Assembly (NCBI GenBank): GCA_043228905.1
Contig: JBHGNT010000018.1
Span: forward strand, 6,262,001-6,326,000
Source of the DNA: Azolla caroliniana
Lineage: Eukaryota; Plantae; Polypodiophyta
Length of the DNA: 64,000 nucleotides
Reading direction: 5' to 3'
The position numbers and the translations under genes were made by a program. This document shows positions 60,477-64,000 of the stretch, piece by piece. How positions within the stretch are numbered: the first letter of the stretch is position 1; each line of letters opens with the position of its first letter. Below the pieces are notes generated by a model. That model made no database searches. It was given only the letters and a program-made list of their open reading frames with translations, and was not told where the DNA came from.

Positions 60477-62527
60477 TGATAAGAAAGATATTTATTATAT
60501 GAAGAGAATATACAACGGTGGCTAAAAGGCTTAAGACTGGCGTTGAACCAATTTGGTTCAACATAATGCCTAGTGCCCTCTTTTATAGTGTTTTCAGGAG
60601 TAATCCTGAAGCTTCTAGAATGTTCCAGAGAAATCTGGAATATACACTAATTTCCTATAATAAAATGTAAATGAAAATAATATCCTACGTATTACAATAG
60701 ATGGTCTAATGGTCAAGAGCTCGACCCATATAACCTAAGGTCATAGGTTCGAGTCTTGCCATATCATGACATTATATCTTACGCATGTTATGAAAGACGA
60801 TCCTAATAAGTAACTTAATTAAGTCGGACTAAGAGTTAAAGTCTAATCTGGTTGCCGTAACACCCTTTGGTGAATTGTCTCCCGTAGACACTGTGTGTTA
60901 GGCCATTGTCCGGCCCGAAGAGTTAACAGTGAGAACCGGATGACGAGTACCCGGCAAGAGCCGAATGGTGAAGACCCGGTGAGAACCGGATGTGGATTAC
61001 CCGGAAACGGAAGACCCGGTGAGAACCGGATGATGAGTGTCCGGCAAGCACCGGATGATGCAGGCCTGGTGAGGAGTGCTCACCGGATGAAGAGACATAT
61101 TCGTAAATATGTTTCTGAGAGTCCATCGGGGCTATATTTGTAAATAGCCGAAAAGTCATTTTAGTATAAATATGACTTAGGGCAAACTTAGTGTATAGGT
61201 TGTCGTTGTCGTTGTCGCGATTGTGAGAGAGCAACTGTGTACAGAGAGAGAGAGTGAGCTCGAGATATAGAGAGGTCGTTGCCTCTGTTGTAACCGCCGC
61301 CTGTGGCGAAGATCGTGAGCACGAGGTCGTTGCCTCCATGAGCTCACTATTGTAATCATTGTGATATAGTGATAGTTTGGAGTTTGTGGACTCCCGTCGT
61401 TTTTCCCTCTTACGGTTTTCCACGTTAATATCTTGTGTATTCTTTTTTCTTTCTGTTTGAGCACCTACCTCCATTCTTCATTTCTTCTGTGTTCGACTGT
61501 ACAAAGTGATTCACTCTTCAGTTGTTGCCGAAGACTATTCCGCGTATTCTTCGACATTTATGTAATAGTGAGAAGGGTTGTTACCCTAAGTTAGTCAGTA
61601 TATAAACTGACTTTGTAACCTAGTTTTGTTGGTGGTTAAAAAATACAATTCATCTTGTGCATAACGTCTCTCTCTCTCTTGCGTTCTAGTTGTGTCTCGT
61701 TTTTTGTTGATGTTGTTGCCATCAATCTACCTTGCTTGTATCTGTTTATGATCTTCTCTCTAGAAGAGTGCTAATTTATTCCACACAAGACGGCCACGTT
61801 ACCAACATCTGGTATCAGAGCTCGAGGTTCTTTCGATTCTGCTTTCGCCATCTATCTAGTCTCCATCGGCAACTCTTCTTCTGATCACTGTAAAGATCTC
61901 GATTGGCAACTCTCTACAAGATCATTTTCACAAAGAGAAACATCGGCAAAATCTGCACCCCACTATTCTAAATCACCATTGAAGTGAGTCAATCGGCTAC
62001 ACTTCACTCTTGTGATTGTAACCGCTTGGAGTGAGATTTTGCTTCACAAGCCCTACCTGCCTCAACCGTACTACATTGGATTAGACAACAATCAAATAGG
62101 CCGCCTGACGCTAGTCACTCACTCATCATAATCACTCATAGTAGTCTGGGCTCAAGGAACAACCCCCTTTCGTGCTTCATTCAGTTAGACAACATTCGAA
62201 AAGGTTACTTGAATCAATTCCTCTCATTGTCATAGTCACTTGAAGCAAGATCGGCCTAGATAATCAGCACATACTCTATGTTCGAAAATCTTGAAAGTTG
62301 ACATTCAAAATCGATTCGGCAAACTCCGGTCCAATTTGACTAAGTCGATTGACTGTACTCACTTCGGACAGAATTCACCAAATAGTCGAAACCTTCGACT
62401 TGTGTCCAATTTCGGCTAGAACGACATCGAGTGAGCCAGTCGGCCGCACTCCACCACTCTTCGTGGTCGACTCCAGACAAAGTCTATCAAGCCGCCACAT
62501 ATGGCATCGATATCTGGCTTGTCAGAG

Positions 62528-63744
62528 ATGAGTCTACGGAAGTTCGACGGATTGAACTTCAACTTCTGGAAGGAGCAGATGCAAGACTATTTAATAGTCA
62601 AGGGGCAAATCGACCCCATCGAAAACAAAAATGCTCTAGAAGGGTACGAGTTGCTTGAATGGGAGAAGCTCGACAGAATTGTCTGAGCTACCATTCGGAT
62701 GCACCTATCAGAGTTGGTGTACTTCACGGTGCAATCGTGTTCAACTGCCTTTCAACTGTTGAAGACATTGTCAGACACTTATGAGAAGAAGGTAGCCACC
62801 ACCAAGATATATTTGATTCAACGCCTTTATAATCTTTGGATGAAAGAATTCGACTCGGTCCAGGCACACCTGAACGAGTACGAAAGCTTAAGTTCCCAAA
62901 TTGTGGCTCAGGGGACGACTATCGAGGATCAACTAAGAGTAATGATGCTTATGAGTAGTCTCCCCCCTTCGTGGGAAACTTTCGTTACAACTGTGTGCAA
63001 TGCATCGACTATTGCCGTTAAGTACTCCTCAGTCACAAACACAATTCTGACTGAAGCAGCTCAAAGAAAATCGTTTGCGAACGATTCGGCCAAAGATGCT
63101 TACGTAGTACAAGGTTTGACCGACCAATCAAACAGCCGAGGAAGAGGTTCTTCACGGTAGCTGAACAACCAGCAAAGGTAGAGCAAGTCCCGGGATAATC
63201 GAGTCTACAATTATTGCAAGAAACCCGGACACCTCAAAGCCAATTTTCGTGCACTCAAGGCCAAAAACGATAAGGCTTAGTGATATGATCAAAAGAGTGG
63301 TCGGCATGAGGAGGTCAATTACGTTGGTTCTTCAGTCAAAGTTTTGTCGAACAACCCGAACATTCTATACATTAAAAACCCAGTCGAATCAGAAGTTCAG
63401 CTTACAACTGAGGAATCGAGCACATGGCTCTTGGATTCAGGTGTGTCCTTTTATGTGACCCCTCCTTGATCCCAATTTCGGCAATACTCAACCCAACATT
63501 CCGACTCAATTCGAGTCGGAAATTCGCAGCACTGCACGATTATTGGAATCGGCACAATAGAGCTCAACCTTCCGGGTGGCTCTACATTGGTACTACATAA
63601 TGTCTGACATGTACTTGAGCTCTCAAGACCTTTGATCTCAGTCGGACAATTGAACGAAGACAGCATCTGTACCGAGTTCTCATTAGGAGGGTGGACACTT
63701 CACACGGGGAACCTTCTACTTACTCAAGGACCGAAAGTACATTC
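62528..63744 (+). pseudogene. gag-protease remnant of Copia G
   Basis: MSLRKFDGLNFNFWKEQMQDYL, LMSSLPPSWETFV, degenerate knuckle YCKKPGH, PR WLLDSGVSFYVT. Many stops. Confidence 0.85.
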
Positions 63745-64000
63745 TGTTGGGAAATCGGTCCCTCTGGATGGGATCTGGTTATGAATGAAGAGCACCCGGT
63801 GAGAACCGGAAGAGATCCGGAAACCGGATTGGATGGACCCAGTGAGAACTGGAAGAGAAGACATATTTGTAAATATGTTTTGAGTAAGCTTATTGAAGCT
63901 ATATTTGTAAATAGCCCTAAGTTCATATAACTATAAATATGACTTAGGGCAATCACTTAGTAATTGTGTGAGTAGGGTTTGCATAATTGTTGTATAGAGA
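63745..64000 (+). mobile_element. Start of LTR H (related to the element C LTR) inserted in G; runs off the window
   Basis: TGTTGGGAAATCGGTCCCTCTGGATGGGA resembles TGTTAGGAAACAGGTCCCTCCGGATGGGA. Shares CCCGGTGAGAACCGG and TATAAATATGACTTAGGGCAA. Confidence 0.85.

Larger units (their letters stand above)
54691..60771 (-). mobile_element. Tcn1-like chromovirus F, near-identical to D, inserted in an LTR of E
   Basis: TSD TTATA (54686-54690, 60772-60776). LTRs 54691-55325 and 60127-60771, each with a duplicated R/U5 block. Confidence 0.95.
50034..60928. mobile_element. Non-autonomous LARD-like LTR element E (no gag/pol domains seen; orientation ambiguous), inserted in the 3' LTR of C
   Basis: TSD GTGAG (50029-50033, 60929-60933). 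LTRs 50034-50467 and 54409-60928 (the latter split by F), TGTT...AACA termini, about 18 mismatches in 434 bp. Internal region of 3.9 kb with degenerate repeats and purine tracts. Confidence 0.88.
40506..61556 (+). mobile_element. Ty1/Copia element C lacking integrase; both LTRs carry nested elements
   Basis: 5' LTR about 40512-46963 (split by D); 3' LTR 49861-61556 (split by E). TSD TTTAT (40501-40505, 61557-61561). PBS-iMet 46967-46978; PPT GAAGGGGGAG before 49861. Confidence 0.9.
40458..64000 (+). mobile_element. Ty1/Copia element G (runs off the window); its 5' LTR is split by element C
   Basis: LTR TGTTG...CAACA is 40458-40505 plus 61562-61807, joined at TSD TTTAT. PBS-iMet TGGTATCAGAGC 61810-61821. 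gag-PR remnant follows. Confidence 0.8.

Noticed and set aside
41046-60771. D and F as giant TIRs of one DNA element, or as a segmental inversion
   Set aside because: Each has its own LTR pair and its own 5-bp TSD.

Overview
Eukaryotic nuclear DNA from a land plant. A non-seed plant, probably a fern, is inferred from the Tcn1-like chromovirus, the Phygy-like gypsy and the PLS-type PPR fragments. There is one intact host gene: an intronless SUPERMAN/RABBIT EARS-type C2H2 zinc-finger EAR repressor (minus strand, 3009-3989) with a microsatellite-rich upstream region. Most of the rest is transposable elements, and target-site duplications (TSDs) resolve most of the nesting. In order: a Copia 3' end (1-1284); a tRNA-Trp-primed non-chromovirus gypsy (8637-20338, 4-bp TSD) interrupted by a hAT derivative carrying captured PPR fragments (12685-16399); a truncated Copia (24003-26790); and a Copia integrase remnant B that hosts A1 [two solo LTRs plus A2] and G [C [D, E [F]] plus H], five levels deep. 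D and F are near-identical, very young, self-priming Tcn1-like chromoviruses. The most unusual observations are: tRNA-gene-like A-box/B-box modules in the LTRs of two unrelated gypsy lineages; a non-coding LTR element (E) with opposed tRNA-Arg primer-like sites at both inner LTR borders and no clear PPT; the same two stop codons in two independently inserted young copies; a Pack-hAT with PPR cargo; and a Copia family with an extra 3' ORF between two PPT-like tracts. All coordinates and mismatch counts were read by eye.
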